A DNA stretch of 64,000 nucleotides from positions 1 through 64,000 of IMG/VR virus record IMGVR_UViG_3300028833_000061; one strand, 5' to 3'. The position numbers were made by a program, and so were the translations under genes. This document shows, piece by piece, positions 44,936 to 54,520 of the stretch (positions within the stretch are counted from its first letter, which is position 1; every line of letters starts with the position of its first letter). The DNA comes from a virus (taxonomy: Duplodnaviria; Caudoviricetes). The notes beneath the pieces were generated by a model. That model made no database searches. It was not told where the DNA came from and worked only from the letters and a program-made list of their open reading frames with translations.

Positions 44936-45742
44936 CTAGACCTCCACGACTGTATTGTACCAGTGAGACGTGTCAAGCACTTCCGGGAACTTGTCCGGAT
45001 AGCCCCAGGTCATACCGTGATATCCGACAGCGTTGCGAATATAACGAACTCCGTCGATGGTCTGGTCATCGAATCCGTGCGAGTGTCCCCAGATCCAGAG
45101 ATCCGGCTTCAGGTCGGTGAACGAATCGTCACACACGCAATACGTAGCGTTAAGGCCGAAGTACTTGCCATCGGCAGAGATCTCGTCAGCATATCGATCT
45201 GATATAAGCTCCTTCCGAGGGCCGGTATGCGTAACAATGACTCGCTTTAGGCCTTCGTACTGTGCATACTTGTCCCGGATCCACTTGGCGCATTCCCTGA
45301 AGTATTCGGTCTGCGTCCTTGCCGACCATCCCTTGATCCAGTTGAAGTCGTTCATACCCTGCTCGACGATCCAGCCGTCACGTTCGTTTATGTCCAGAGG
45401 CGCCCAGGCCGACACGCCGAATATCGCGACATCTCCGTCGACGACATCAATGTACTTGGCATCCTTCGCCTTAGGCGCCTTATTCTGGTTAGCGAACCGC
45501 ATAACCGTGTTGTTTCCCCACAGATCGTGGTTGCCCTCGATGGCCAGGACGTCCTTGAACTTGTCGGATGTCCTCTCCTTGAGCTCCTTGTACACCTTTT
45601 CCCAGGTGCTCTTAAGCCCGAGGTCGCCTGCAACCACAAGATAGTCCGCAGGCTCCAGCTGGTCAGGATCGAATGTCTCCCATACGACCTTTCCTGCCTT
45701 AAGATTGTTCCTGTGTATGTCCGATATGATGTTAAGTCTCAT
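44936..45742 (-). CDS. Calcineurin-like metallophosphoesterase
   Basis: SDIH, AGDLG, GNHD, VTH, WGHSH motifs. Confidence 0.92.
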   Translation of the reverse strand: MRLNIISDIHRNNLKAGKVVWETFDPDQLEPADYLVVAGDLGLKSTWEKVYKELKERTSDKFKDVLAIEGNHDLWGNNTVMRFANQNKAPKAKDAKYIDVVDGDVAIFGVSAWAPLDINERDGWIVEQGMNDFNWIKGWSARTQTEYFRECAKWIRDKYAQYEGLKRVIVTHTGPRKELISDRYADEISADGKYFGLNATYCVCDDSFTDLKPDLWIWGHSHGFDDQTIDGVRYIRNAVGYHGMTWGYPDKFPEVLDTSHWYNTVVEV

Positions 45743-45842
45743 TTACATTCTCCATGGCTTTGGCTTCATCTGTTGTTTATCCAGGCGATCACGCAGATAG
45801 CGGTGCAGAGGCATGCCAAGCCAAACACGTCAGGCCAGCTCA

Positions 45843-46652
45843 TCACCACGAACTCACGTACCTGAAGTCCCAATCGTCGAAATTGGGATCCTGCAGGATG
45901 TCCCTAACTATCTCAATCGTCCGGTTTACGTCCTCGAAGTATCCCCAGTTATACGCCGTCATTCCGAAGAAGAAACCTTCTGCCGTAGGAAAGACACTAT
46001 CCAGATCGCGAACGTATGGAGAGTCCTTTGGCAACATGAATTCAAAGTCTGCTTCTTGCTCGTCAACCTGCTTGAGAGGATCGTACTCCTTGTACGCGTG
46101 CTCCCTGATGGCTGGAGTGTCGATGGCCGACTTGAATATGTCGTGTGCCCTTTCGAGCGCCTGCAGCAGCTTCTGGAAGTCGTCCCTCGTGATGTGCCTG
46201 GACGGCTGGCACTGGTCGACCCCGTTCTGGCAGTTCTTTACGAACCACGCATGCAAGGCGTTGAACTTGCGCCAGTATGCGAATTCGTTGTCGTAGATAA
46301 GGCTGATGGCCTCAGAGACCGGATTGCACTTGTATATGTCCTTGCAATCCAGCTTGATTACGACCACACCGTCCATGTTCTCCCTGCTTGTGACGTCCCA
46401 CATAAAGTCTCCGATATGTTCTTTATACATGTTCCTTAGGATGGTCCTGGCCTCCGATCGGATGCGCCTGTCTATCTCGAGATCGTTCTCTGTCTCGCAG
46501 TAGAACTTCTCTGGAATACGCACCGTTATCTCCACCGGTCCTTCATCGATAAGGACATCGCTGTCTTCGTCATCTCCGAAATCCGCGTCTATAGTCAGAT
46601 TCGGATCGATCATTCCCTTCGGCACTCTGCCGAGAGTCATGTCTAGTCCCAT
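45843..46652 (-). CDS. Conserved phage hypothetical protein (YWRKxNxxHxWF type)
   Basis: MGLDM start; AYWRKFNALHAWFV; GFFFG; Y.SSW end. Confidence 0.7.
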   Translation of the reverse strand: MGLDMTLGRVPKGMIDPNLTIDADFGDDEDSDVLIDEGPVEITVRIPEKFYCETENDLEIDRRIRSEARTILRNMYKEHIGDFMWDVTSRENMDGVVVIKLDCKDIYKCNPVSEAISLIYDNEFAYWRKFNALHAWFVKNCQNGVDQCQPSRHITRDDFQKLLQALERAHDIFKSAIDTPAIREHAYKEYDPLKQVDEQEADFEFMLPKDSPYVRDLDSVFPTAEGFFFGMTAYNWGYFEDVNRTIEIVRDILQDPNFDDWDFRYVSSW

Positions 46653-46666
46653 GATTTTCTCCTTTG

Positions 46667-46876
46667 CTACCAAGCGTCTCTCTGGTCCCAGTCATCGCCG
46701 GAACCAGAAATCAGATCGAACAGAAGCATCGTGATCAGCATTGCCAATATAGCAGGCCATGCCATGGCGAAGCCGAGCAGATGAAGCATCTTTCTACGGT
46801 CGCTCCACCATAGGAACAGCCCTATAACGGCCAGTCCTATGATGAAATACGCTACTGCAATCAGCAGGTATGTCAT
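46667..46876 (-). CDS. Small membrane protein
   Basis: Two hydrophobic segments. Confidence 0.55.
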   Translation of the reverse strand: MTYLLIAVAYFIIGLAVIGLFLWWSDRRKMLHLLGFAMAWPAILAMLITMLLFDLISGSGDDWDQRDAW

Positions 46877-46891
46877 TTGTGTCCTTTCAAA

Positions 46892-46975
46892 TGGTGGGCA
46901 AGGCGGGAGTCGGACCCGCACGGGTTTCCCCACATGATCCTAAGTCATGCGTGTCTGCCATTCCACCACATGCCC
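46892..46975 (-). tRNA. tRNA-Leu(TAG)
   Basis: Class II cloverleaf, CCA; T-loop variant TCCGACT. Confidence 0.88.
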
Positions 46976-47215
46976 TTGGTGTTCAGAACCGTTCTCTTTG
47001 GACAGGTCAGTCCTATTCAGACGGTCATATTCAATTGCATATTTGAGATAGCGGTTGAGTGCAGTGTCAAGCTCTTTAAGCAGCTTGTCATCAGGCTCTT
47101 CGGTCGTAGGCTGCGCCTGCCATATCTTAAGGATGGCAGCATAGATGTCTGCATTCAGCTGCCCACCAGGTCCGAGAAGCTCTTCAAGCTCTTCATTGCG
47201 TTTCTTGACTTCCAT
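46940..47215 (-). CDS. Hypothetical protein (3' end overlaps tRNA-Leu)
   Basis: MEVKKRNEE... Confidence 0.5.
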   Translation of the reverse strand: MEVKKRNEELEELLGPGGQLNADIYAAILKIWQAQPTTEEPDDKLLKELDTALNRYLKYAIEYDRLNRTDLSKENGSEHQGHVVEWQTRMT

Positions 47216-47227
47216 CGTCTTTAAAAA

Positions 47228-47304
47228 TGGTGTCCCAGAGAGGATTCGAACCTCCGACAAGCAGTGTAGGAGACTGCTGCTCTGTCCAGCTGAGCTACTG
47301 GGAC
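47228..47304 (-). tRNA. tRNA-Arg(CCT)
   Basis: Cloverleaf with CCA. Confidence 0.93.
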
Positions 47305-47310
47305 TTTATT

Positions 47311-47544
47311 CTATTCCTCGTACTCCACCCAGGTTATCGTAGATCGTCCGTTCTGGCCGTTCTCGATGCAGATCTCATAGTCTCCAACGTCCGCATCCTC
47401 ATCGTTCTCGTAACTCTCCTGGAGCTCCTTCCACGCATCATCAAGTCCCTTCCTTGTAGTATACGGGCCTGAAACCGTGTTGACCTCTCCGACGAACTCA
47501 CTGGAGTACGTTACGCACTCCACGATCAAATACTTCACAGCCAT
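47311..47544 (-). CDS. Hypothetical acidic protein
   Basis: ORF in gene run. Confidence 0.55.
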   Translation of the reverse strand: MAVKYLIVECVTYSSEFVGEVNTVSGPYTTRKGLDDAWKELQESYENDEDADVGDYEICIENGQNGRSTITWVEYEE

Positions 47545-48044
47545 GGCGGATCGATCTCGAAGTACTCGATGTTTCCATCGACGTACCTGTGAAGCTTCGC
47601 ACGTATGAAGCCGACAACCTTTCCATACGTAGTCGCAGTCATGCTGCTGAGCTTCGTAAGAGTGTCCTTAGGCTCTCGACACGAAAACTTCCGGTACGTA
47701 CGCGACAGTTCGAAGTCTCCGTTCTTGAATATGTTGCTGCAGTCGCCGTCGATCGTGATCGTACGATATTCCTTCCCGTCCTTGATGACTGCTGTGATCT
47801 CATCGAGATACGCGAGATCCTTGTTGTTGACCGCGTGCTCGTAGATTGTGGTGATGCTGTCAATGTGCGTATTGTAGTATTTTCCGAGAACCTTGAGCTT
47901 GTGCCAGCACTTTGCCTGGATCGCAAGATTGTCGATCTCCAGCTGCTTAACGCCTATCGCGTTCTCAAGCCTCATGAGGGCCTGCTTCTGGCCCTCCAGG
48001 TCCATCGACAGCTCGATCAGCTTTTTCTTCTGTGCTCTTGTCAT
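47535..48044 (-). CDS. Hypothetical protein
   Basis: MTRAQKKK start. Confidence 0.6.
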   Translation of the reverse strand: MTRAQKKKLIELSMDLEGQKQALMRLENAIGVKQLEIDNLAIQAKCWHKLKVLGKYYNTHIDSITTIYEHAVNNKDLAYLDEITAVIKDGKEYRTITIDGDCSNIFKNGDFELSRTYRKFSCREPKDTLTKLSSMTATTYGKVVGFIRAKLHRYVDGNIEYFEIDPPWL

Positions 48045-48435
48045 TGCCTTCCCTTCGCTTGATTTCGTTTTCAAGGTATGTTTCAAACAGGATCCACTGA
48101 GCGTCGTTGTTTTCCTCCATATACCTGACAAGCTCGTTGTGGATCGTTACAAGAGTCGGAACTGGGATAATCTCGATGTTGTCGCAGATGGTCTCCTGCA
48201 CATCCTTGACAACGTATGTCTGCCTGCCTAGCGCGTATCTGAACGCGCATACCAGCGTGACCCTTGACGACAGGTTGTTGTCGAACTTCTTCTTCTCGCA
48301 GAGCTTCCTCTCCTCCTTTATGGCAATTCTCAGTCTGTCTGCGTATAGTCCATATATGTCGGATAGCTCTTTCGTTGGCCAGTTCGTCTGGTACTTCAGT
48401 TCCAGCTCGGCGGCTAAGTCGTCCAGCTTTGACAT
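47965..48435 (-). CDS. Hypothetical phage protein
   Basis: CAFRYALGRQTY motif; GAGGAG RBS. Confidence 0.6.
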   Translation of the reverse strand: MSKLDDLAAELELKYQTNWPTKELSDIYGLYADRLRIAIKEERKLCEKKKFDNNLSSRVTLVCAFRYALGRQTYVVKDVQETICDNIEIIPVPTLVTIHNELVRYMEENNDAQWILFETYLENEIKRREGNDKSTEEKADRAVDGPGGPEAGPHEA

Positions 48436-49037
48436 TTTCTCCTCTTCAGTAGAAACAAAGTTCCAAGTATCGCAAGGATCGACGGATTTGGTTCTGGTAT
48501 CGCGTAGAAATCCGTCGGATGCCATGGTGTCTCTGTCGGTGGTGCTAGCGTCCCGGCTGTATAAGTATGTGCCGCCCACAGATCGTTCAGGCTCGCCGAT
48601 GCAACTGCAACCGGTACAAACTCCCAGTCCAGATTCTTGTCCCAGTATCCTAGCTCGTAGAACACGGACACGTCTGACGGAGTATTCTCCGTAAGCCTTA
48701 TTGGCTGCCAGTCGGCATACGTAAGCGGAGTAACAGCCTGCCATACTCCTGGCTCCGCCTCCTCTGTAAGCAGAATTCCAAAGTCTACAATGTCGTCGTC
48801 AAACTCGCACTCACGATATCCAACCTCGTATCCTGCAGCCTGTGGAAGATCGCCGATGCCGATCCTTCCTGCCACGTTATCAGGCGTGCATGCAAGCGTA
48901 GAGATCCAGTCCGTTATCGACAGCGTGGTGTTTCCTAGATGCACTTTCATTCCTTCGTCTGCTCCAACCCACATGATCTGCGTAGCTGATGCCGCGATGG
49001 AAAGAATTGCAAGTAGTATCGTCAGTGCTTTTTTCAT
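48414..49037 (-). CDS. PEP-CTERM sorting-domain surface protein
   Basis: Sec signal MKKALTILLAILSIAASA; C-terminal IPEP + TM + LKRRK. Confidence 0.85.
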   Translation of the reverse strand: MKKALTILLAILSIAASATQIMWVGADEGMKVHLGNTTLSITDWISTLACTPDNVAGRIGIGDLPQAAGYEVGYRECEFDDDIVDFGILLTEEAEPGVWQAVTPLTYADWQPIRLTENTPSDVSVFYELGYWDKNLDWEFVPVAVASASLNDLWAAHTYTAGTLAPPTETPWHPTDFYAIPEPNPSILAILGTLFLLKRRKCQSWTT

Positions 49038-49048
49038 TTTTGGTCTCC

Positions 49049-49134
49049 TGGTGCCGGCAGGGGGACTTGAACCCTCATGGGATTTCTCCCGGGAGATTTT
49101 GAGTCTCCTGCGTCTGCCTTTCCGCCATACCGGC
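49049..49134 (-). tRNA. tRNA-Leu(CAA)
   Basis: Class II cloverleaf with CCA. Confidence 0.93.
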
Positions 49135-49137
49135 ATG

Positions 49138-49211
49138 TGCGCCCGGGCGGACTCGAACCGCCGACCCTTTGATTAAAAGTCAAATGCTGCTACCAACTGA
49201 GCTACGGGCGC
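49138..49211 (-). tRNA. tRNA-Lys(TTT)
   Basis: Cloverleaf, no encoded CCA. Confidence 0.93.
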
Positions 49212-49228
49212 GAAAGCAAATTATGATA

Positions 49229-49615
49229 CTACAACGATCGACGGAGGTCTACCTTGCGGTTCCACCGGCCGTTCGACCAGACGGCTATTCCACTAAGGAA
49301 TCCACGTATTCTCATGGCGCGCTGCGTGTACTTTTCGGCCTTCTCATCACACTCTTCTGCAAGTTCGTGAAGGACTTTTATAGGGTCCTCATTCGTGAAC
49401 TCGCAGCACATGCCGAAGTCTGAGCCGGCCATTCCTCCGCTGCAGTCTGCAAGCTTGACGACGGCAGGATAGTCGAGATTCTCGATCTCTTCGCGACTGA
49501 GCGCGTGCCTGGCATCGGTGATAAGACCCCAGTCTGTCTCCTTGTGCTTCCTCCTATAATCGAAGAAGTCTTTTGCGGATTCTACGACAAGTATGTTCTT
49601 GCACTTGAACGCCAT
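49229..49615 (-). CDS. Hypothetical protein
   Basis: AGGAGG RBS. Confidence 0.6.
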   Translation of the reverse strand: MAFKCKNILVVESAKDFFDYRRKHKETDWGLITDARHALSREEIENLDYPAVVKLADCSGGMAGSDFGMCCEFTNEDPIKVLHELAEECDEKAEKYTQRAMRIRGFLSGIAVWSNGRWNRKVDLRRSL

Positions 49616-49616
49616 G

Positions 49617-50102
49617 TCATTCCTCCTTGCAGTCTTCGGGCTCCACACGCCAGTCCTCGACGACGAACTTGAGATCGGCCCAACGCTTGCCATCCTTGCT
49701 TTCACAAACCCAGATATCGAAGCCCCCGCAACCGGTATGGTTCTCGCGATAACCGTAGTGATCGTACTCCTTGTCGTCAAGATACTTGAACGCCTTCTTG
49801 AGCTGGTTCTCTGCTTCTGCCACTAGAACGTCCTCGGATGGAGGCTCGTCCGTGCCGCACCACTTCCAGTCGAGATAGCCCATGACGTCGGACATCCTCT
49901 TGAAGTCGAAGTTCTCTATGATATCGCCGATGACGCCTTCCCTTGTGTTTGGAAATCTGTCGTCAAGATATGCTTCGTCCGGCTGCGTGTCCATCTTCTC
50001 GATGGCTTTCGTTATATGCAGAAGGCGGTCATTGATCTTACTCATACCGGCCTCTAGCGCGGCAAGCCTCTGCTCGGTCGTTTTCTTTTTCTTTGTACTC
50101 AC
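49617..50102 (-). CDS. Hypothetical protein
   Basis: NFDF...M..LDWKW pattern; GTG start. Confidence 0.6.
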   Translation of the reverse strand: MSTKKKKTTEQRLAALEAGMSKINDRLLHITKAIEKMDTQPDEAYLDDRFPNTREGVIGDIIENFDFKRMSDVMGYLDWKWCGTDEPPSEDVLVAEAENQLKKAFKYLDDKEYDHYGYRENHTGCGGFDIWVCESKDGKRWADLKFVVEDWRVEPEDCKEE

Positions 50103-50359
50103 GCTTTTTCTCCTAGCATTGAAACTATGTCCAAGGCGTCGTTGTAACAGCCTTCGCACCCTGGAGCTCCGTTCACGGCGACAAGCAGGTCTGTGTCCAC
50201 AAGCACGGTAGGATGATTCTCTACCCAGTTTATACCGCGCACAAGACGCCTTATAATGTTCTCAATGTCAGACTCGCGCTGAGTCTGCTGCGGCATCCTG
50301 TCGCGACCGGCCCACTCGTCCTGTGTTTCGACGAGAACTCCGTTGTAGCAGTCCGGCAT
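50099..50359 (-). CDS. Hypothetical protein
   Basis: Coupled ORF. Confidence 0.5.
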   Translation of the reverse strand: MPDCYNGVLVETQDEWAGRDRMPQQTQRESDIENIIRRLVRGINWVENHPTVLVDTDLLVAVNGAPGCEGCYNDALDIVSMLGEKA

Positions 50360-50731
50360 CTACTTGTCCTTGTCCTTGTTCGGCCTGAGCTCGACCAGCC
50401 AGTCGTTGGCAAGCTGGACGAAGTTGGAGCCAAGCTCCTGCACAGTCTCCGAGTTGGCGATCTTAGGGATAACGACTATTGCCGCGGCCTCCTTCGTTGT
50501 GGGCAGCATAATGACTCCGATAGCCGCCACAATGCCCACGAAGCCTGCGCGCTTGCAGATCTTCAGGCATAACTTGAACTCGGGCTCGCTGTCGCCGCCG
50601 TCCGTCAGGGCCATAAGGCATATGACTCCTGTAACTATGGCTGTAACGATGCTGAACGCGAGCAGGATGGCGAACAGCGCATTGATTCCTTCAAGCCTTG
50701 TGATCCAGTAGACCAGCGATGGTGTGATCAT
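50360..50731 (-). CDS. Two-TM membrane protein
   Basis: YWITRL + TM...TM + LPT pattern. Confidence 0.65.
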   Translation of the reverse strand: MITPSLVYWITRLEGINALFAILLAFSIVTAIVTGVICLMALTDGGDSEPEFKLCLKICKRAGFVGIVAAIGVIMLPTTKEAAAIVVIPKIANSETVQELGSNFVQLANDWLVELRPNKDKDK

Positions 50732-50748
50732 TGTGTTTTGGTTGGTTG

Positions 50749-50831
50749 TGCCGAAGGAGGGATTCGAACCCTCAAGGTCTTACGACCAGGGGTTTTTAAG
50801 ACCCCTGCGGTTGCCCTTTCGCCACTTCGGC
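50749..50831 (-). tRNA. tRNA-Leu(TAA)
   Basis: Class II cloverleaf. Confidence 0.92.
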
Positions 50832-51154
50832 TTGTTTAACGAATTACACGTATCCGCAGATGGCTATCACGATAGCGATAGTGGCAGCACCTAGAGCGAT
50901 GCCACCAATGATTGACAGGAATGTTTTCATCTGTCCGGCACTCCATAAAGGGGCGTGGACGCTAGAAATATGTTTACAGCGGCCTCCTGAATATCTGAGT
51001 CAGGCACTCCTTTGTTCGCACCTCCGTTACGAAGGCAGCACTTGATCCTGCCGACTATGTCAACAATCTTTGCAGGGTCTTTTGATAGGCCGACCCTACC
51101 GAGCCTTCTGGCCTCAGACAGAGGCCCTTCCAGAGTTTCTTTCATTTGGTTCTC

Positions 51155-51412
51155 CTAGAACGGCAGATCCGAGTCGTCAGAGGAACACTCATCGTCCACA
51201 CGTCTGCCGGTCAGTTCCAAGTACTTCGCGTTAGTCTCTTCGCCAGTCGGCAGTCGACCGTTCCTCTGTAGGAAGTCTGTCTCCCATTTGTCCATAATCT
51301 CGTCCATCTGGTCGAAATAAGCCTGTTCGTCATCGGCCCTGTCCGTGCTCGTATCACCGGTGAAAAGGATGCGAGTCGGATTGTAGCCGTCTTCGTATAC
51401 AGTTCTACACAT
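51155..51412 (-). CDS. Hypothetical acidic protein
   Basis: Ends in DLPF. Confidence 0.5.
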   Translation of the reverse strand: MCRTVYEDGYNPTRILFTGDTSTDRADDEQAYFDQMDEIMDKWETDFLQRNGRLPTGEETNAKYLELTGRRVDDECSSDDSDLPF

Positions 51413-51992
51413 TTCTTAGATCCAGTCTTCTTATGTCGTCGTCTTCCCACTTGGAGCGCACAGGAAGCGTTACCATGCTGTAGCAGTACTGGAACTCACC
51501 ACGATACCAGAACTCGACGCAGTCTCCGACCTTGAGGTTCCCCTCTCGCATCTCGACCACGAACTCGTGTCCCTTTCTTAGAGTCTTGAACGTCAGAACA
51601 AGCCCAGGATTGACGAACGGATCAACCTCGACGTCGAACACTATTCCATACTGGTTAGTCGTTTGGTCCAGCCAGCTGAACATATCGTCGACGTTTACGA
51701 GATATCCCTTGCACTTTCGACAGTACTTCCTCAGATACTCGTCTAGCCTGCGCTGCCGTTCCTCCGCCTCGCGCTTGCGCCGCGCAACATACTCAAGCTG
51801 CTCGTCATAAAGCTGTCCTGGCTCCTTGTAGTATTCGTTCCATTCAGATCCGTCCCAGCCTATGTTCCTCCTGCGATACCTTCCACGGCCACTCCGGCCC
51901 AATCCTTCCGGATCAAGCCCTGTCCAGTCACCAAAGCCTGCCTCGGCCTCAAGGGCCTGGCAGAGCATCTGGTCGCATTCGAACTCGCTCAC
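51405..51992 (-). CDS. Hypothetical protein
   Basis: Coupled ORF. Confidence 0.6.
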   Translation of the reverse strand: MSEFECDQMLCQALEAEAGFGDWTGLDPEGLGRSGRGRYRRRNIGWDGSEWNEYYKEPGQLYDEQLEYVARRKREAEERQRRLDEYLRKYCRKCKGYLVNVDDMFSWLDQTTNQYGIVFDVEVDPFVNPGLVLTFKTLRKGHEFVVEMREGNLKVGDCVEFWYRGEFQYCYSMVTLPVRSKWEDDDIRRLDLRNV

Positions 51993-52459
51993 GTCAGTTT
52001 CCTGCCATTTCTGATCCTTCCGCGCTCTATGAAGATCTCATTGGCATAGTTGTTGGCCATAAACGCATCATACGTCATCACGTTTGAAGCGCAGCCCTCC
52101 ATCATCAAGGAGGTTTCCTTGACGTCTGGCATGGTTATAATCAGGATCTTCTTTTTATTGGCGAACGCATATCCGCATTCCCAGGCCGTTCCGATAGCGC
52201 AGTGCTCTCTGCCGAAGTCGCAGGCAACGACCCAGTCGCAGTCGTCTATCGCGTTGACGTCCATCATAAAGACGCACTGTCCCCACATCTCCTGGGTTAT
52301 TCCCCACTCGTTGGGAACTCTGTGCTTCTTAGGAACAAATACTTCGCATCGGTCCTCGTCTGCGCACATTAGATTATCGAAGTGATGCTCTACAAGGAAC
52401 ATCTTGAGCTTGACATCTTCTGGGGCGACTATAGGCCCGGCAAGGTAGACCTTTATCAT
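51989..52459 (-). CDS. Nucleoside 2-deoxyribosyltransferase / dNMP N-glycosidase family
   Basis: KVYLAGP...DVNAIDDCD...GTAWECGYA. Confidence 0.88.
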   Translation of the reverse strand: MIKVYLAGPIVAPEDVKLKMFLVEHHFDNLMCADEDRCEVFVPKKHRVPNEWGITQEMWGQCVFMMDVNAIDDCDWVVACDFGREHCAIGTAWECGYAFANKKKILIITMPDVKETSLMMEGCASNVMTYDAFMANNYANEIFIERGRIRNGRKLT

Positions 52460-52579
52460 TTCCAGACAGTCATTCCGAGTATCAGTCCAATCACAAGGCC
52501 GGACAGCATAACGATCCAGCTGCTAGGATTGCGGAAGAAGTCGCGTATATCCTCCTCCCACTCCTTCCAGCTCCAGAAC

Positions 52580-52951
52580 TCATTCTTTGTGGAAGTATTC
52601 ATTGATTAACCCTCGAATGTGGTCGAGCTGCGTCTCCGCCCGCTCCTTGGCTTCCTGAAGAGTCTTGTATGCATGGACATACGTGCCTCTCGACTGGAAC
52701 GCCCAGTCTCCGAACCTCTCCCAGTGGACGGCCTCCCTGCTGTTTGCAGGAATGCCGCCGATCCCCTCGAACAGAACATACAGCTCTGGAGTGTCGGACT
52801 GGATCATCCCCTTGGTGTCGCACGGCCGCTGCTCTACTATGATATACAGCCTCGGACTTACGTCCGTCTCGGACAGCTTGCCGACCGCCCAGTAGCAGTC
52901 GCGAGGATTCGACTCAAGGTCGTTGATCTTCTTCTCTTTCCAGCTAAGCAT
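52580..52951 (-). CDS. Hypothetical protein
   Basis: AGGAG RBS. Confidence 0.55.
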   Translation of the reverse strand: MLSWKEKKINDLESNPRDCYWAVGKLSETDVSPRLYIIVEQRPCDTKGMIQSDTPELYVLFEGIGGIPANSREAVHWERFGDWAFQSRGTYVHAYKTLQEAKERAETQLDHIRGLINEYFHKE

Positions 52952-52977
52952 TCTATCTCCTTTACCGTGGCAGAGCA

Positions 52978-53355
52978 CTAGTACGGCGTAGTTACGGCCA
53001 TTTCGGCCAACGCCTCAAGGGTCATGAACAGACCCCGAACAGTGGCAACGGACGGCTGAATATCACCGTGCTCGTCTTCCCAGTTGCTTCCGACCTCGAG
53101 ATAGTCTTTGTCGTCTGGACCGAACAGGTCAGAGTGCTTGATCATAAGATCGGCGGCCAGAACCATGTCCAGCTCTTTCTTTGTGAGCTTGGTCTTCTCG
53201 TTGAAGGCCTTCTTGTTCGACTGGCAGCGGTCCTTGACGGACCACAGTACTAGGCTGTAGCGGGCCATGCAATCCCAGCAAAACATCATTCGTTTGGTCT
53301 GCTTGGCCTTGTTCCACTTCTGCTTTTTCTTCTGTTTGCTAGATTTCTTTTTCAT
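52978..53355 (-). CDS. Hypothetical protein
   Basis: Coupled ORF. Confidence 0.55.
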   Translation of the reverse strand: MKKKSSKQKKKQKWNKAKQTKRMMFCWDCMARYSLVLWSVKDRCQSNKKAFNEKTKLTKKELDMVLAADLMIKHSDLFGPDDKDYLEVGSNWEDEHGDIQPSVATVRGLFMTLEALAEMAVTTPY

Positions 53356-53687
53356 TGGTCTTTTCTTTCTTTACCACTCTCTTCCCAGTCAATCCGGATT
53401 TGCCAGTGGTTGCTTGGTTTCATATCATATGTCCTCACCGCAACAGCCCTGTAGCCGAGGTTCTGCTTTAGGTATGTCAGGATGCACTTTATCTCATCCT
53501 CGGTGTAGCCATCGTAGAAGTGGTCCTTGTCCCTCACATACACGTCTGCATGATAACTGCATTCGGCAACGCTCATGTTGACCTCGTGCTCCACCTCTTT
53601 CAAGAGCTCTTTGTTGCAATTGCTCAGGTTTAGGGCATCGATGTTTTCCTTGGTCTGCCTATTGGCATCGCTTGCGTTCATCAACAT
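53352..53687 (-). CDS. Hypothetical protein
   Basis: Coupled ORF. Confidence 0.55.
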   Translation of the reverse strand: MLMNASDANRQTKENIDALNLSNCNKELLKEVEHEVNMSVAECSYHADVYVRDKDHFYDGYTEDEIKCILTYLKQNLGYRAVAVRTYDMKPSNHWQIRIDWEESGKERKDQ

Positions 53688-53692
53688 AATGT

Positions 53693-54109
53693 CTATTCAT
53701 TTCCGATGAACCTGTCGTGCTTCTCGAACGGATACAGCTTTCCTGTCTCAGGAAACCACACGACGAACTTCATCTTGTTGTCGATTATGTTATTCTTGGC
53801 GATGTCGCTGCACTTATACTCTGTCTTTCCATCGACGACATCCTTGCCCGTCAGCAGTTTTCCTTCGAAGTACACCCATCCCTTGTCAAGGAACAGCTGT
53901 CCTTTTGCAGGATCGTATATGAAGCGGCGGAAAGCAACATAGCCTTCACGCGTGTCGCGAAGTTTCTGTGCGACAGCCTCTGCATCCTCCCAGCTCTTTC
54001 TGGGCCACTTCATATCGCACGTATCTGCGAACAGCAGACCTGGCGATATGGCCATGATGTGCCTGTGGTTCAGAGGAACCTTGGCAAGCTTCTCTTTGTT
54101 GTCTGTCAT
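53693..54109 (-). CDS. Hypothetical protein
   Basis: MTDNKEK start after AACC leader. Confidence 0.6.
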   Translation of the reverse strand: MTDNKEKLAKVPLNHRHIMAISPGLLFADTCDMKWPRKSWEDAEAVAQKLRDTREGYVAFRRFIYDPAKGQLFLDKGWVYFEGKLLTGKDVVDGKTEYKCSDIAKNNIIDNKMKFVVWFPETGKLYPFEKHDRFIGNE

Positions 54110-54127
54110 GTTGGTTTGATTGGTTGA

Positions 54128-54204
54128 TGGCGCGCCTGGCGGGGATCGAACCCACAACCCTCGGCTTAGAAGGCCGATGCTCTGTCCAATTGAGCTACAG
54201 GCGC
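54128..54204 (-). tRNA. tRNA-Arg(TCT)
   Basis: Cloverleaf with CCA. Confidence 0.95.
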
Positions 54205-54211
54205 AGTTTTT

Positions 54212-54294
54212 CGGAGAGTGCAGGATTCGAACCTGCGGAACTTGCGTTCATCGGTTTTCAAGACCGCCGCCTTAAACCTCTCAGCCAACTCTCC
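54212..54294 (-). tRNA. tRNA-Ser(TGA)
   Basis: Class II cloverleaf, G73. Confidence 0.93.
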
Positions 54295-54300
54295 ATTGAT

Positions 54301-54378
54301 TGGTGGTCGGGATGGGACTCGAACCCATAAAACCTTCTGGGTGTAAACCAGACGCTCTAACCATTGAGCTACCCGACC
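54301..54378 (-). tRNA. tRNA-Val(TAC)
   Basis: Cloverleaf with CCA. Confidence 0.93.
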
Positions 54379-54380
54379 GG

Positions 54381-54455
54381 TGGACCGGGTGGGACTTGAA
54401 CCCACAGTCCTGACCTTATAAGGGTCCCGCTCGAACCAATCGCAGCTGCCGGTCC
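54381..54455 (-). tRNA. tRNA-Ile(TAT)
   Basis: GGACCGG/CCGGTCC acceptor, loop CT-TAT-AA, atypical D-arm. Confidence 0.8.
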
Positions 54456-54520
54456 TTGTTGCGATCGGTTGGACCCTGATGCGCGCCAGATTAGTGGCAC
54501 GGGCCTGGACTTTCCAAAAG

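Noticed and set aside
54456-54520. RNase P RNA (GGAAAGTCCAGGC resembles its conserved region I)
   Set aside because: Only about 65 nt available and no complementary P4 strand.
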